DNA from: Azolla caroliniana
Lineage: Eukaryota > Plantae > Polypodiophyta
DNA: 64,000 bases
Assembly (NCBI GenBank): GCA_043228905.1
Contig: JBHGNT010000002.1
Coordinates: forward strand, 22,816,001 to 22,880,000
Direction: 5' to 3'
The position numbers and the translations under genes were made by a program. Positions 25,701 to 35,461 of the stretch are shown here, piece after piece. Positions within the stretch are counted from its first letter, which is position 1, and each line of letters begins with the position of its first letter. The notes beneath the pieces were generated by a model. The model was not told the DNA's origin. It saw only the letters and a list, made by a program, of their open reading frames with translations, and ran no database searches.

Positions 25701-28433
25701 TATGGCTTTGAAACAAGCTCCCAAGGCTTTATATGACAACCTCGACTCTTTCTTTCTTTCTCTTGGATTCCAACAATGTTCTGCTTACAGCAATCTCTAT
25801 GTCATCTCACAAGATTGCTTCATATGTCTAGATATTCTATATAGACGACTTACTAATTAAGGTTCTTTTGAAGCCAAGATAGAGCAGCGCCACATTTATT
25901 TGAAAGCCACATTTGAAATGACAGATTCAGAGCTTCTACAATATTTATTGGGCATAGACGATCACATGGAAGCATATTTCTCAGCCAGCATAGGTATCTT
26001 CGACAACTTCTTGAAACTCTTTCTTGTACATGGCTCTGCAATCCAAGCTTCCTCATGAAGAATATTCTCCCATTTTTCAAGATCGTACAAAGTATATAGA
26101 AGGCAAATCATTGGCTCCCTTATTTGTCTTACCTACACAGACCCTAGAGTGCTAGTTTCCTCAGCTGATTTTCAAATGCTCCTGCCAAATTCATTGGCAA
26201 GAAATCATTCATGTTCTTCAGTATTTAGCAGGTACAAATGACCATTGCCTTTCAAGAAACTATTGATCAGCAACTAATTACTAGCTCCTTACTCATCTCA
26301 AAAGGGAGAACCAAAGTAATGTTTCCCTTCTACACTCTCTCTCTATATGTCTTACTCTTTCTAGATTCACTTTATTCCAGCATTTATTTCATTTGACATT
26401 CTGAACCTGCTAATACTTTCATTCAGCATTTACGACATTGTTTTGTTCTCCTATTCCAACATTTATTCATTTGAGCCTACCAGTACTTTATTGTGGCACT
26501 TATTACGTTGTTTTTTTATTGACTCCTCCACTACTTCAACTCAAAATGTTCTCAGGCATATTTTATCCCCTTCCATAAAAGAATCTCTTACAAATCCCAC
26601 TCTCATTTTTGTATTTTAAGGCTTTGAGCCTCACTAAGAACATAGTTATTGTTTAGTTTTTTCTGCTGCTTCTGGGCTTTTTCATAACAGTTTTCTCACA
26701 TGAAATAGTAGAGTATTGATGTTTTAAATGCTTCTCAAGAAACTTTAAATGCTTCTATGTAAGGTGATGCTGAACTATGATGGATTGAAATCCAGTAGCA
26801 TTTCACCAAAGCAGAAGCAATTGGCCTCACATATGTTGATTTGGTTCCATAGGTCAAATTTGGCGTCATCATGGGCAATAAAACATCTATTCTAATCTCA
26901 CTAAGTTATGACAATAGTAGTGACAAAAGAGAAAATATAGAAGTTTTACCTGTATTCAGATTCAGGAACATCAAAATCGTTCTGCAGATGGCGTACATGC
27001 TTTAAACAATCATATAAGTTTTCATTCTCAAGTTTTATCTTCACTAAACCTAAAAGAGACCTTTGCACTTCCTTTTGAAGAATGAAGACAGATTGGCCCA
27101 TAATTTCCTCTCCAGAAGAAGAATCATCTGGTTGAGTAGCTTTAGACTCTACCTTTTGTAATTGTTTCTGCTTAAATAGGTTCAGACAAATCGATTGAAG
27201 TAATTCGGGCTCCCAAACATACAAATGTTGCAAGAAATTGTTTTCTTCACTGAGCAGAAATATTCCTGCCATTGTAGATATATGTAATGGTTCTTTCTCA
27301 ACATACTTCCTGTCCACAAGATTCTCCTGTGGTCTAGAATATTTATATGCAGGTCCACTATGCAACACGTCTGTCTTCAACTGAGCATTCCAAGAATCAT
27401 ACATCATCTTCAAACCTTGCAATCCCTTTTTTAGCATCCTGCTTTCTAAAAAACCAATGCAGTTTCCTGATTTAGACACTCCATCATCATCATGACCATC
27501 TGATGCTTGCACTCCCTTTCTTAACTTACTGCTTTCCAAAACTCGGCCAGAGATGTTCTCTGATATACAAACTCCATCGTTGTCATTCAAAGTTTTCACT
27601 CCCTTTCCTAAGTTGTCAAATTCAGAAACTCCACCATGATTATTTCCTGATGAGGAAGTTTCGGCATCACCATCATCATTCAAAGCTCGCACTTCTTTTC
27701 TTCGTTTACTTCCTTCTGAAACTCCTGCAGAATCATTTTCAGATGTGGAAACACGAGGAGAAATTTTTGCCAAAGAAGAAACTTGAGTGGAATTAGTTTC
27801 CAATGAATAATTTAGGCTGGAATTAGTTCCTGACATAGAACTGCCACTGTTATTCACTCCCGTTTTTGCCTTACTGCTTTGGGAAATGCAACCAGAATCA
27901 GTTCCCCATGAAGAAACTCCACTGTTATCATCCAAATCTTGCACTCCATTTCTCAACTTACTCCTCTCAAAATTATTCCCCGATTTAGAAACTCCGCCAT
28001 TATCATCATTGACATACAAATCTTTGCCTTCAAGTGCAGACTTTTCGTGTGTATGAAATAATATTTTTCCTTCCACGGTATGTATGATACGTTGCAACAA
28101 GAACAGAGCTTCTACCTTACGTTTCAACAAGGAATAGTTAGCAAAAATACACCTTTCTTTCTCTGTAGCAGAGGTAGATTCTTGATGTTCAGAAATTTCT
28201 CCACAGGCAAGCCAAGATAGATGAGAAGAAGAGCTAATGCTTCTTGACCAAGAAATTCCATCAATTTCTCCGAGCTTTTCAAGGATTGCTTGCAAGATGG
28301 CTACGGAAAGTTTAGGGTTTCTCTGGGAAAGGATCTTCAGAGATCCTCGGAAGGTCTCGTATTGACCTAGAAACAGGTAATTTACTGTAATCCTAGCCAG
28401 GAGGCTCTCTTCTTCTGTGCAAAGAAACTCCAT
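1308..28433 (-). CDS. ZFYVE26: Spastizin/ZFYVE26 (SPG15)-like protein, plant At2g25730-type AP-5 accessory subunit; 5' portion only, continues past the left edge
   Basis: Phase-consistent GT-AG exons: 26950-28433, 22232-22373, 21865-22149, ~21640/21643-21792, 21006-21227, 10561-10655, 8142-8319, 3043-3476, 1755-1878, 1517-1615, 1308-1379. Peptides FPRLQPLAAVLGWDLL, CVDHLCDQLCYHL, NLVLERL..SPIRVLFDVVPDIKF and WQWKEALTVLRAAPSTLLNMCVQRAEYDLGEEAVHRFSLPPEDEAALQLAAWVD match the plant spastizin family as recalled. Confidence 0.85.
3745..3890 (+). mobile_element. 3'-end fragment of an RTE-like LINE (dispersed repeat family)
   Basis: Shares TTCTCAAAGAC..ACACTTAAGATGTAATCTCTTGTTTGGTCTTATAG.CCATTTTGGCCTCTTAAAAGACG with copies at 4680-4760, 11545-11630 (minus) and 25180-25270. 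Confidence 0.7.
4316..5110. repeat. Tandem duplication of ~280 bp of intron sequence
   Basis: GAAAATTTGGAGAAACATCAAAAGGCC...AAACGTTTCTCTTT at ~4318-4550 recurs at ~4842-5073, each followed (after the LINE insert in copy 1) by GTCATGGATGCCAATGACACCAA. Confidence 0.9.
4551..4793 (+). mobile_element. 5'-truncated RTE-like LINE 3' end with (TTTC)n tail
   Basis: Same family; ends GTTAATATATC(TTTC)n; sits in one copy of a tandem duplication whose other copy lacks it. Confidence 0.75.
5780..6520 (-). mobile_element. Degenerate RTE-like LINE, C-terminal ORF remnant plus 3' UTR
   Basis: Remnant LEDDYVCHCTVFYEIREKYHCLF resembles the C-terminal Cys/His motif of RTE-clade ORFs; PRPHHSCYQQIKAIISYH is shared with copies at ~9750 and ~11850. 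Confidence 0.6.
8142..8319 (-). CDS. ZFYVE26: Spastizin-like gene, exon 7
   Basis: (R)MQDLEILELHFGVQSTVLALAAMD...VPRK; AG acceptor at 8321/8320, donor GTGAGT. Confidence 0.8.
8370..8790. repeat. Complex local tandem duplications
   Basis: CCTCAATTTTGAGCAATATGGT...CAACTAAGG and AGTAGATTAAGTACAAACAGG each occur three times. Confidence 0.8.
9570..10140. mobile_element. Nested RTE-like LINE fragments
   Basis: Plus-strand (TTTC) tail at 9570-9622; minus-strand RT-region motif LVTPTLLYGVETWG at ~9650-9700; further 3' fragments downstream. Confidence 0.55.
10561..10655 (-). CDS. ZFYVE26: Spastizin-like gene, exon 6
   Basis: TGCAG|GTGCTTTTTGAT (VLFDVVPDIKF); donor GAG|GTATGA. Confidence 0.8.
11195..11400. 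repeat. GTCGAC/GTCGG-rich short-motif array, probable DNA-transposon subterminal region
   Basis: Many GTCGAC, GTCGG and CCGAC motifs in a CpG-rich patch followed by an AT-rich tract; no second end found. Confidence 0.45.
11521..11931 (-). mobile_element. RTE-like LINE 3' fragment (best-preserved copy) with (GAAA)n tail on the plus strand
   Basis: Minus strand encodes ..PRPQHPCDRQIKAIISRHRRHFPRFVDLSILDGPMLEIF*, then the shared 3' UTR and (TTTC)n tail. Confidence 0.75.
11932..12162 (+). mobile_element. Copia-type LTR fragment (U5-like end)
   Basis: GGTTTTCCC...GGGTTTCCAC.TAAATCTTGTG and terminal CCCAACA are typical of plant Copia LTRs; possible 5' part at ~11466-11520 interrupted by the LINE; no TSD found. 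Confidence 0.4.
15107..15713. mobile_element. Non-autonomous hAT-family MITE inserted in the Copia gag
   Basis: 17-bp TIR TAGCAATGGGCCCGGTT / AACCGGGCCCATTGCTA; 8-bp TSD GGCTTTAC/GACTTTAC (1 mismatch); internal AACCG/GGTTT subterminal repeats; removing it restores the gag frame ...KVKGVKPTDM. Confidence 0.9.
15912..16076. repeat. 24-bp tandem array (7 units) in the Copia 5' UTR carrying the plant telomere motif
   Basis: Unit ~CTCTGCTCTGCAAAAAACCCTAAA (TTTAGGG on minus; one unit has CTCTAAA), directly adjacent to the PBS. Confidence 0.9.
16757..20775 (-). mobile_element. Ty1/Copia LTR retrotransposon (second family), 3'-internally deleted
   Basis: LTRs 16757-17210 and 20342-20775 (TG..CA); TSD GATTG; PBS TGGTATCAGAGC at 20330-20341. 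Gag starts at 20073 (knuckle CHYCGYKGHIQPDC in a shifted frame); protease WLVDSGATSHM; integrase LELVHMDLCGP..TPQQNGVVERKNRT; partial RT QMDVKSAFLNGDL; RT C-terminus and RNase H are absent. Confidence 0.95.
21006..22373 (-). CDS. ZFYVE26: Spastizin-like gene, coding exons 2-5
   Basis: Exons 22232-22373, 21865-22149, ~21640-21792 and 21006-21227 with canonical splice sites and a continuous frame. Confidence 0.8.
22383..23052. repeat. 335-bp near-identical tandem duplication in spastizin intron 1
   Basis: AACAAAACAC start motif at 22383, 22718 and 23053; ORF-track entries 22157-22633 and 22786-22968 are near-identical. Confidence 0.95.
24157..24568 (-). mobile_element. Solo LTR of the 16757-20775 Copia family, nested in the older element
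   Basis: TGTGAGAAAAG...CCACCCTCCAACA matches the family LTR; flanks GTGAG/ATGAG form a TSD with 1 mismatch. Confidence 0.85.
25165..25281 (+). mobile_element. RTE-like LINE 3' tail inserted in the old Copia
   Basis: Same ~115-bp 3' terminus as the other copies. Confidence 0.75.
26950..28433 (-). CDS. ZFYVE26: Spastizin-like gene, coding exon 1 (large, with internal low-complexity repeat)
   Basis: 495-aa ORF MEFLCTEEESLLARITVNYLFLGQYETFRGSL...; donor ACAG|GTAAAA at 26950; phase 2 joins the exon at 22373 (R-DIIH). Confidence 0.85.
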
Positions 28434-28479
28434 TGGTTCTGTCGAACTAATAAAATATTAAACCCTGAGAAGAAGAAGA

Positions 28480-28864
28480 TTATGATGGTGACGATGACGA
28501 CGGTGATGGTGATGGTGATGGTAATGATATGATGATAGTCATGATGAGGATGGAGAAGAACAATAAGACACAGATGAGGATGATGATGACGACGACGAAG
28601 ATGATGGTAGCGATTGTGATGGTTTCATTGAAGAAGAATAAGCGCAAAGAAAGGGTCAAGAAGGAGCTATGAAATCTTGCAAGATATGGAGACAGACAAA
28701 GGGGGACAGACAGACAGAAAGATGGAGCAATTGTTCCTTTCTTTCTTCTATATCATTCCATCTTTCACCTGCTTCCTTTTCTTCTGCTCCTTCTTCTTCT
28801 TCTTCTTCTTCTGTTTTTTCTTGTTCTTTTGACATAGCTAATTAGATCTTCTCAGTCCTACCTG

Positions 28865-28896
<32 letters not shown>
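28480..28896. repeat. Trinucleotide (GAT/GAC/GGT), (CTT)n and (CT)n microsatellites in the spastizin 5' UTR/promoter
   Basis: Seen directly, just upstream of the ATG at 28433. Confidence 0.8.
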
Positions 28897-31800
28897 TTGT
28901 CAAAACTGTCAATTTTGGTGAGGGGAATTTTTCCTAGGTAAAAGAAAAGTATGAATTATACAATACCATTTTTCTTCATCACACCATTTAGTTAGTGTCA
29001 CTTTGGACAAAAACCGTCTCTTGTCTATCTATCTAGCCATCCACATTTCAATGCACCGGCTTTAGAATGATTCTATCGGTACGTGATCTTAAGTGGGCGA
29101 GGGGGTAGCTGACACTCTCGTGGAGGCGGCCAAAGCAACCGCATTGCACATGAAATCAATGAGAATATATCATACATCTGCCAATGTTGTATTGAGTGAT
29201 AAACAATCGGGTTGCCGGTCAAGTTGGATGAACTAGATCTAAAAATGTTCCATGTGATCTGCCATCTCGCGCACCTCGTGCCTAAATGGATAGTTGTGCA
29301 TTTAGTGTGAGGAGTTGTTGTGTTAAGGTAATATTAACCTGTCCGTCTAATTGTATTAGGTTGTAGTTTGTGGTCTTGGACACTCCCTTACACAATTTTT
29401 GTACGCAATAACGCAAATTTGTCTTTTGGAAATGCCTGGTAATCTAATTAGTGTATATCTTGCACTTTGTAAGTCTCTATTCATAAAATTTGCTGAGTGC
29501 ATTGACAAAATTACATCACTTTTGTCCTTTAGCCCCACTTCTCAGTCATCACCTTCCAATAATGGATTGATAATGGGGTCATTGTGTGAGGGGCTCCCAT
29601 TTCTTTGAAGTTTCTTTTGTTGTTGTTTGCTCTTTGCATTTGTTTGAGTCCCATGTTCATTTTATTCTATGTTTTGTGCAACTCGTTGAGCGTGTGTGCC
29701 TACCTGTATCCCCACTTTAGATGGCATAACAAATAGCCAATTCATGCCAATTTTCCTCCATTCCAATAGTGCATACTATGACTATGTGTTCCCTACCACA
29801 ACATTGGCAAATGAAGTCACGTTGAAACCAAGTCATTGGATTTTGTGCTTGCTAGCAAAAATATGCGACTAGTGAAATGCTTGCTTGATCATAGTGTTGC
29901 CTATTAGCCTTATGGTTATGTTATACTTGTTTTTCGTTATGTTATGCTTGTTTTTCGTAAGGCATTATACCAAGTGAGCAGCTTGGCAATTATAACATTT
30001 AATTTATGCTTCTACAATGTTCTTGTAACCATAGCCTTGTTTCTTTCGGCTCATTCCTTGTTACATGTATACAATAATCCTTTCCATCTACTTCATTGTT
30101 GTGAGAGCATCTCCACTGTTGTTTTGATCATGTGGACCTAATGGCCTAGAATGTAGGATTATATAACCTACCGATAGACACGTTCATCAACTTTTCATCT
30201 CACATTTTGTCATCAAGTTCATATCAATTATATAGGCACTCAATGAATTTGATGTGTGATATATTGTCTACTTGATCTCTGTTTTAAACAAGTTCAATGG
30301 TCAATTACGTATCATATTGGTCATTCCCTAATCCCCCCTCTCTCCATTAACATTTTTTTATGGCTAGACTATTACTCCTAGGTTTTTGTTGCCCATCAAT
30401 GCCTCGGGTCTATTTGAGGTTTGAGCGTTACAACTTTTGTAATCAAGCTATGATTTCTAATCAATGCCTAGTCTATAGTTCGTTTACGTGAAACCTAGTT
30501 AAGAGGTGTTCTAGTAATGTCGATTGATAAACATTTGATTTCTCGAAAACAGTTTTTTAATTCGGGAGCATTGTGCAATTAGTACTACCAAAAATATACT
30601 TCTTTTCAAGGGTCTTCATATCTAATAACACTTTCACTTTTCCTAATCTTTGCAATGCAAGCTTTGTACAACTACTGACATTTTTGTCGACTTTGTAGAA
30701 AGTATTGGGAGCCGAGTGGTTGAAAAGAAGAAACCTCAAGACATGATATGGAACATACCACAATCATACAATTGCAAGACAATTTAGTTGTAAAAAGTGT
30801 TGGGAATATGCAAACTTCAATGTGCCTCATCACGTCAACGAGGACTTCAAAGTATTGGCGGAGACAATCAATAAGATACTACAACTCTATAACTTGTATT
30901 TCATCGAGTCTCTCATTCAATTATTGAATGGGCTAGATTCTTTTAGTTTTATCATGTTCAATTGACACATTGCCCATGGCGTGGTGCTTGTAGCTTTGGA
31001 TCAATAAGCGAGGCATGTTGAAGCTTCAACTCATCGCTCTAAGAAAGCTTTTCCATTCGAGATTGTGCTCATAGGGTGAGACAATTGTAACTCTGAGTAC
31101 AGAATCTACAGAAAGAGTGTGATTCAATTGGAACACGTGGTCTACCTACAACACAAAGTTCAACTTGAATGAGCAATGTACTTACTCAAACAATGGTCTA
31201 AAAAACAAAACAAAACAATGATTTAACTCGGTTCATTTCTTTGCTATGATATCCCTTGCATTCTCTTTTTATTTTCATCTCATTCAATCATCACCGTTGT
31301 GAGCTTATGTAAAAAGCTCATTGATGCTTCAAGTGGTGGTTGTACATAATTGGGAGTGGTGCCAAGAAGATTGTGGAACTCAAAGAGGTGTTCCTCATAA
31401 CACAACTTTACTCACCAAAGTTAATGTCTAATAGTGATTGTTTCTCGGGTTTGAATAGTTGTATACTCTTCGTTAAGGAAGAGAGACGATGGAGGTTCCC
31501 AAGGTCTTCTAAATCGAATGATCTAATTAGTTTTGAAATGAAATCTCTTTAAACTTCTGTTATTGTATTTGAAATAAAGAAAGAAAGTTATTCAACCATA
31601 GAACCCGTCATAAGGTTAGTGAGTGTTTTAAGTGGGGTAAGGAAATTGTAGTCTATCAATTGCCTATACAAATTTACAATATTAGCTCACGAGTAGAGAG
31701 AGATAAAGATAGAATATATTTGTTCTTATCATTCACAAAAAGGGCATATATCTCCGATGAAGCGAATACACCAAAGCTTCTAGAACACTCTAACTCACCT

Positions 31801-32740
31801 GTATGGGACTGTGCTAGAAGCAATTTCATTCCAAGAATCAAAAGGGATTTCTTTATTGGGAGATGCAGCAGTAGATATCCCAACGTCTTAGAGAATCCGT
31901 ATGTGGACTCCAAAAATGAAGTCGTCTCATACAATACCATCTCATCTATTCAGTCCCAACTGTCAAATTCGTTATCACCCAGTCTATTGAAACGAACAGA
32001 AGGGGAGGAAACTGTTGGTCAGTTGCCCAATGGAGACCAAGAGGTCATGGGTTCAACCCCTACATTCCATAGTGGCGTCTTCTCTGGTGAATTAAGAGAT
32101 ACGTATGAAGTATATCCTAGAGATGTGAGAAAAATCAATTTCAAACCCAAAATGTAATGTTTATTGTATAACAACTTACCATCAAGGCAAGCTAATTACG
32201 ATAGAGCAGGAAAGAGAGAGCGAGCGAGCTTTACCTTAAACCAAACCAATGAAGGAGTTTGAGAGAATTTCAAAAAATAATATTGATACATTCCTAATAG
32301 GAGTGTTTTGCCCAATGGGGTTTCATACTTGGATGAACAATAGGTCCTACTCTCCGCATCAAACTTGTATCTTGAGAGGCCTGTTCCAATATGCTAGGAA
32401 TGCGTGGGAAATGAAACGTACAAGTGCTTAACATCATACATGAAAAAATGGCTTGGAAGATGGAGGCATCACAGTTCCACAAGACATCAATAGATTCATC
32501 TTTTCATGAACCCTTTTTTTTTGCAAAGCCAATGTTCACGGCTCGGGAAAGATGTGAAGGCCCATGTTTCACACATTACGTTACATACCTTGCACCAAAC
32601 CAGAAAGCCACAATGTTCTCCATATGGGAAAACACCTTCACAATTACATGATAGAGGCTTTCCCTTTGTTTGCCATCGACTACATTGCTTCCACACAAGC
32701 TCAAATTCTCTTCAAGTGATAACCCCCTCTGTCCTTGTAC

Positions 32741-32771
<31 letters not shown>

Positions 32772-33169
32772 AATTAGGTTACGACCATGCTCCACCTCCG
32801 TTCCTATTTTCAGTTTTGGGCACTGCACATTAGTAACCATGATGCAAATTACTCAAATTTTCGATCACAACCGCACTTGCTCGCAGCGGTGTATAAGTAC
32901 TCACTGATATAAGCAAAGCACATTGTCAAACATTGAATCTTCATAAGGTTCAATCGATTAATAACACAACCAATATGTACAAATGTTGGAGCTGGAGTTG
33001 TGTTTGAGAAACGTGGTCATCCCCATCCCCACCCATCCTTCGGAGATCTCGAATTTCATGAGAGACTCAATGAATGGGATGAATGTCCGTCCAATTTCAA
33101 ATCTGGTGGACCACAGCGCCTGTGTTGTGTCCGCATGCATGCATTATCCAGGTGTGAAATGGAATGATT

Positions 33170-33205
33170 TCTCTCTCTCTCTCTCTCTCTCTCTTTTAGG
33201 GTTTC
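33170..33205 (+). promoter_or_regulatory. Probable transcription start region: (CT)n tract plus telo-box
   Basis: (CT)n followed by TTTAGGGTTT. Telo-boxes are established elements of plant snoRNA and ribosome-biogenesis promoters; this one lies ~170 bp before U14. Confidence 0.5.
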
Positions 33206-33371
33206 AAAAGACGATCGTCTGCTTTAAGTAGACACGCGAAGCTCTTCATCGAGTAGCCTAAGCTGATGTCTGCTCTTCACCCCCTCCCCTTCCAGCCATT
33301 GATTCAGAGCTCCTAATCTCCTTGTAAATGGCTTTTTCTTTCGCCTTTCCTAGTTGTTTTCTTCTGTGACT

Positions 33372-33520
33372 ACCTGATGATGATACCTTGTGAAAGGCTT
33401 GTTTCTCAAAAACATTCGCAGTGGCCGCCTAAGAGCTTTCGTTCTTTCTCCATGTCACCGTGGAGATACGAGCTTGAGAGCTAATGCTGCTTACACACCC
33501 TTCCTTGGATATCTGAAGGT
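33372..33520 (+). ncRNA. U14: U14 box C/D snoRNA (copy a)
   Basis: Terminal stem ACCT/AGGT; C box ATGATGA; CATTCGCAG; plant Y-domain GCCGCCTAAGAGCTTTCG...GCTTGAGAGCTAATGCTG; TTCCTTGGAT; D box CTGA. Confidence 0.92.
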
Positions 33521-33621
33521 TCTCCTGATGATTAAATTCCGCCTTCTGCCGATCTTGGTTTAATCTTTTCTGTCTTTTTTTGTAAGTGTCTTGCCTCTTT
33601 TTAAAATAAGTAGCTCAGCAA

Positions 33622-33766
33622 GTAAACCTGTTGATGATGACCTGTGAAAGGCTTGTTTCTCAAAACATTCGCAGTGGCCGCCTAAGAGCTTTCGCTATCT
33701 TCTTTCGAAGATGGCTTGAGAGCTAATGCTGCTTACACACTCTTCCTTGGATATCTGAAGGTTTAC
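33622..33766 (+). ncRNA. U14: U14 box C/D snoRNA (copy b)
   Basis: Perfect 8-bp terminal stem GTAAACCT/AGGTTTAC; C box ATGATGA; same 18S-complementary elements and Y-domain; D box CTGA. Confidence 0.92.
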
Positions 33767-34596
33767 GTTCATGTTTTATTCTTTATATGCTTCATACTGT
33801 TTATTTTGCCACATATTTTGGGCACACATTACAGATCCTTGTCTCAATTAACTGCAATTGACCACTTTCTTTATGTATCTCCCAGATATAATATATTAAA
33901 TAATATGAAAACATTCCTCCACAGATCAGGTGGCAGCTTTTGATGGGAACAGATGATAACGGATTGGAATTAGTTTCGGCGGACGTTCGTAGGTGTAGCG
34001 AATGCAAAATTGTTATGGCACCATATAATTTGGTGGAATTGGGCTTGGCTTCTAGGAAGTTTGTTACAAAGTTGTATAAACATCCCTGGATGAATTGATC
34101 ATCGTTTCTGTTAAATTTATTATACGATTGTGTTAAGATCATCAGATGGCCTGGATTATTTGAAATTCAGAATTAAATGATTGAACCTACGGAGCTGCAG
34201 TCTTGTATTGGATGCTTTATTCTTCTCTTACCACTCCATATTAGTGTAATGTCGAAATTCTTATCTGTGTAATCTTTTGTTGTCTAGTTACTTGTTCCTG
34301 GTACTCTTCATTGTGGTGTCAGTGGTCCTAATCTGTAAGTGGTTCTTAACATCTTTAGTTGTACTCTTACCATGTGATTCCTTTCTCTATTTTTGTATTC
34401 GGTGAATTTGACTCATTTGAAGGAAGAGTTGGTTGGACAAATACTGTCACTTTTGGTAACGTAGCTATTAAAACGATTCGCACTTCATCGTCTTGGTTAA
34501 TAGCGTTGGTGATTACTTCTCTAAAGTACACGTAATGTACAAGTCAAAGCATTTCAATGTTATTGGTAATGAGGCAGCTCAGTTCCGATAATATGT

Positions 34597-35100
34597 TTCT
34601 TTAAATTAATTGGGAACGTAATCCTCTATTTAAGTTCTTAAATGCAAATCTTCTAGCGGATGGTAATTTTACTCGAACAGCTGAGTTAAGTGCAAGAATG
34701 AAATATCCTAGATATTTGTAAATCTGGAAAGAACTGTTTCCGTATCGAGAAAAAGTCCTCATATGTGAAATTTAGAAGGGTTTTTATTTTGGTAGCTGGG
34801 AAAATTATGTTCGTGTACAATAGGTTATGTCGGCTACGTCTTCTTTTCTTGAAGCATCTTTTTGCTAATATGGTTCTTTAAATTAATCGGGAATGTAATC
34901 CTGGGAAGTTTTAGCGGATTGAAATTTTATTCGATTGTTAAGTGAAATAATGAAGTATCCAAGATATTTGTAAATTTTGAAGGAATGAGTTCTCTATTTG
35001 ATAAAAAGACTTCGTATGTGAAATTTAAGAGAGTTCTTATTTTGGTACAACATTTTATGTCGGCTTCGTCTGCTATTCTTGAAGCATCTTTTCGCGTATG
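34597..35100. repeat. Diverged ~275-bp tandem duplication
   Basis: TCTTTAAATTAAT.GGGAA.GTAATCCT...GATATTTGTAAAT...TATGTGAAATTTA...TTATGTCGGCT...TTCTTGAAGCATCTTTT occurs twice. Confidence 0.75.
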
Positions 35101-35231
35101 ATTTGGTTTGAAGAAGTCTTGGAAGGTTTGGATTGTATTGCGCAAAGACTTACGGTTGATAATGAGTTTTAAAGAGAAGCTAGTTTAGGCAGCAACCATT
35201 CTTTTCTGATGTCTTTGATTATTTTACTAAC

Positions 35232-35461
35232 TTCAGACAGGGCAAGTTTATTGTATCATTGTAATTATCAAATCCTAAGTTCTCGCGGACCTATCTAACA
35301 ATGGCCAGGTGCTCCATGCATTCTTGTCTCTGGTATTGTTGGATATGTTTCAGACGGGGCAAGTTTATTGTATCATTGTAATTATCAAATCCTAATTTCT
35401 CACGTACCTATCTAACAATGGCCAGGTGCTCCATTCATTTTTGTCTCTGGTATTGTTGGAT
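35232..35461. repeat. 117-bp tandem duplication spanning the glucanase start codon
   Basis: TTCAGAC.GGGCAAGTTTATTGTATC...ACAATGGCCAGGTGCTCC...GGTATTGTTGGA occurs twice; ATGs at 35301 and 35418. Confidence 0.95.

Larger units (their letters stand above)
23801..26700 (+). mobile_element. Old degenerate Copia element related to the 16757-20775 family
   Basis: Starts TGTTGAAGGGTGGCAG and ends TTTTCTCACA (reverse-complement relatives of the family LTR ends); TSD TGAAA; gag remnant MAFNTTIISWTIPQLPKVSIL is homologous to MASHATIVSSTIPQLPKESIL; RT remnants at ~25580-26230. Confidence 0.85.

Noticed and set aside
29000-31300. Intergenic patches that look like decayed TE coding sequence
   Set aside because: No diagnostic motif or termini could be identified by eye.
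32005-32070. tRNA-like GAGGTCATGGGTTCAACCCC (B-box)
   Set aside because: No convincing A-box or cloverleaf; at most a decayed SINE head.
33525-33600. Extra TGATGA after U14a as a third C/D snoRNA
   Set aside because: No matching D box or terminal stem before U14b.
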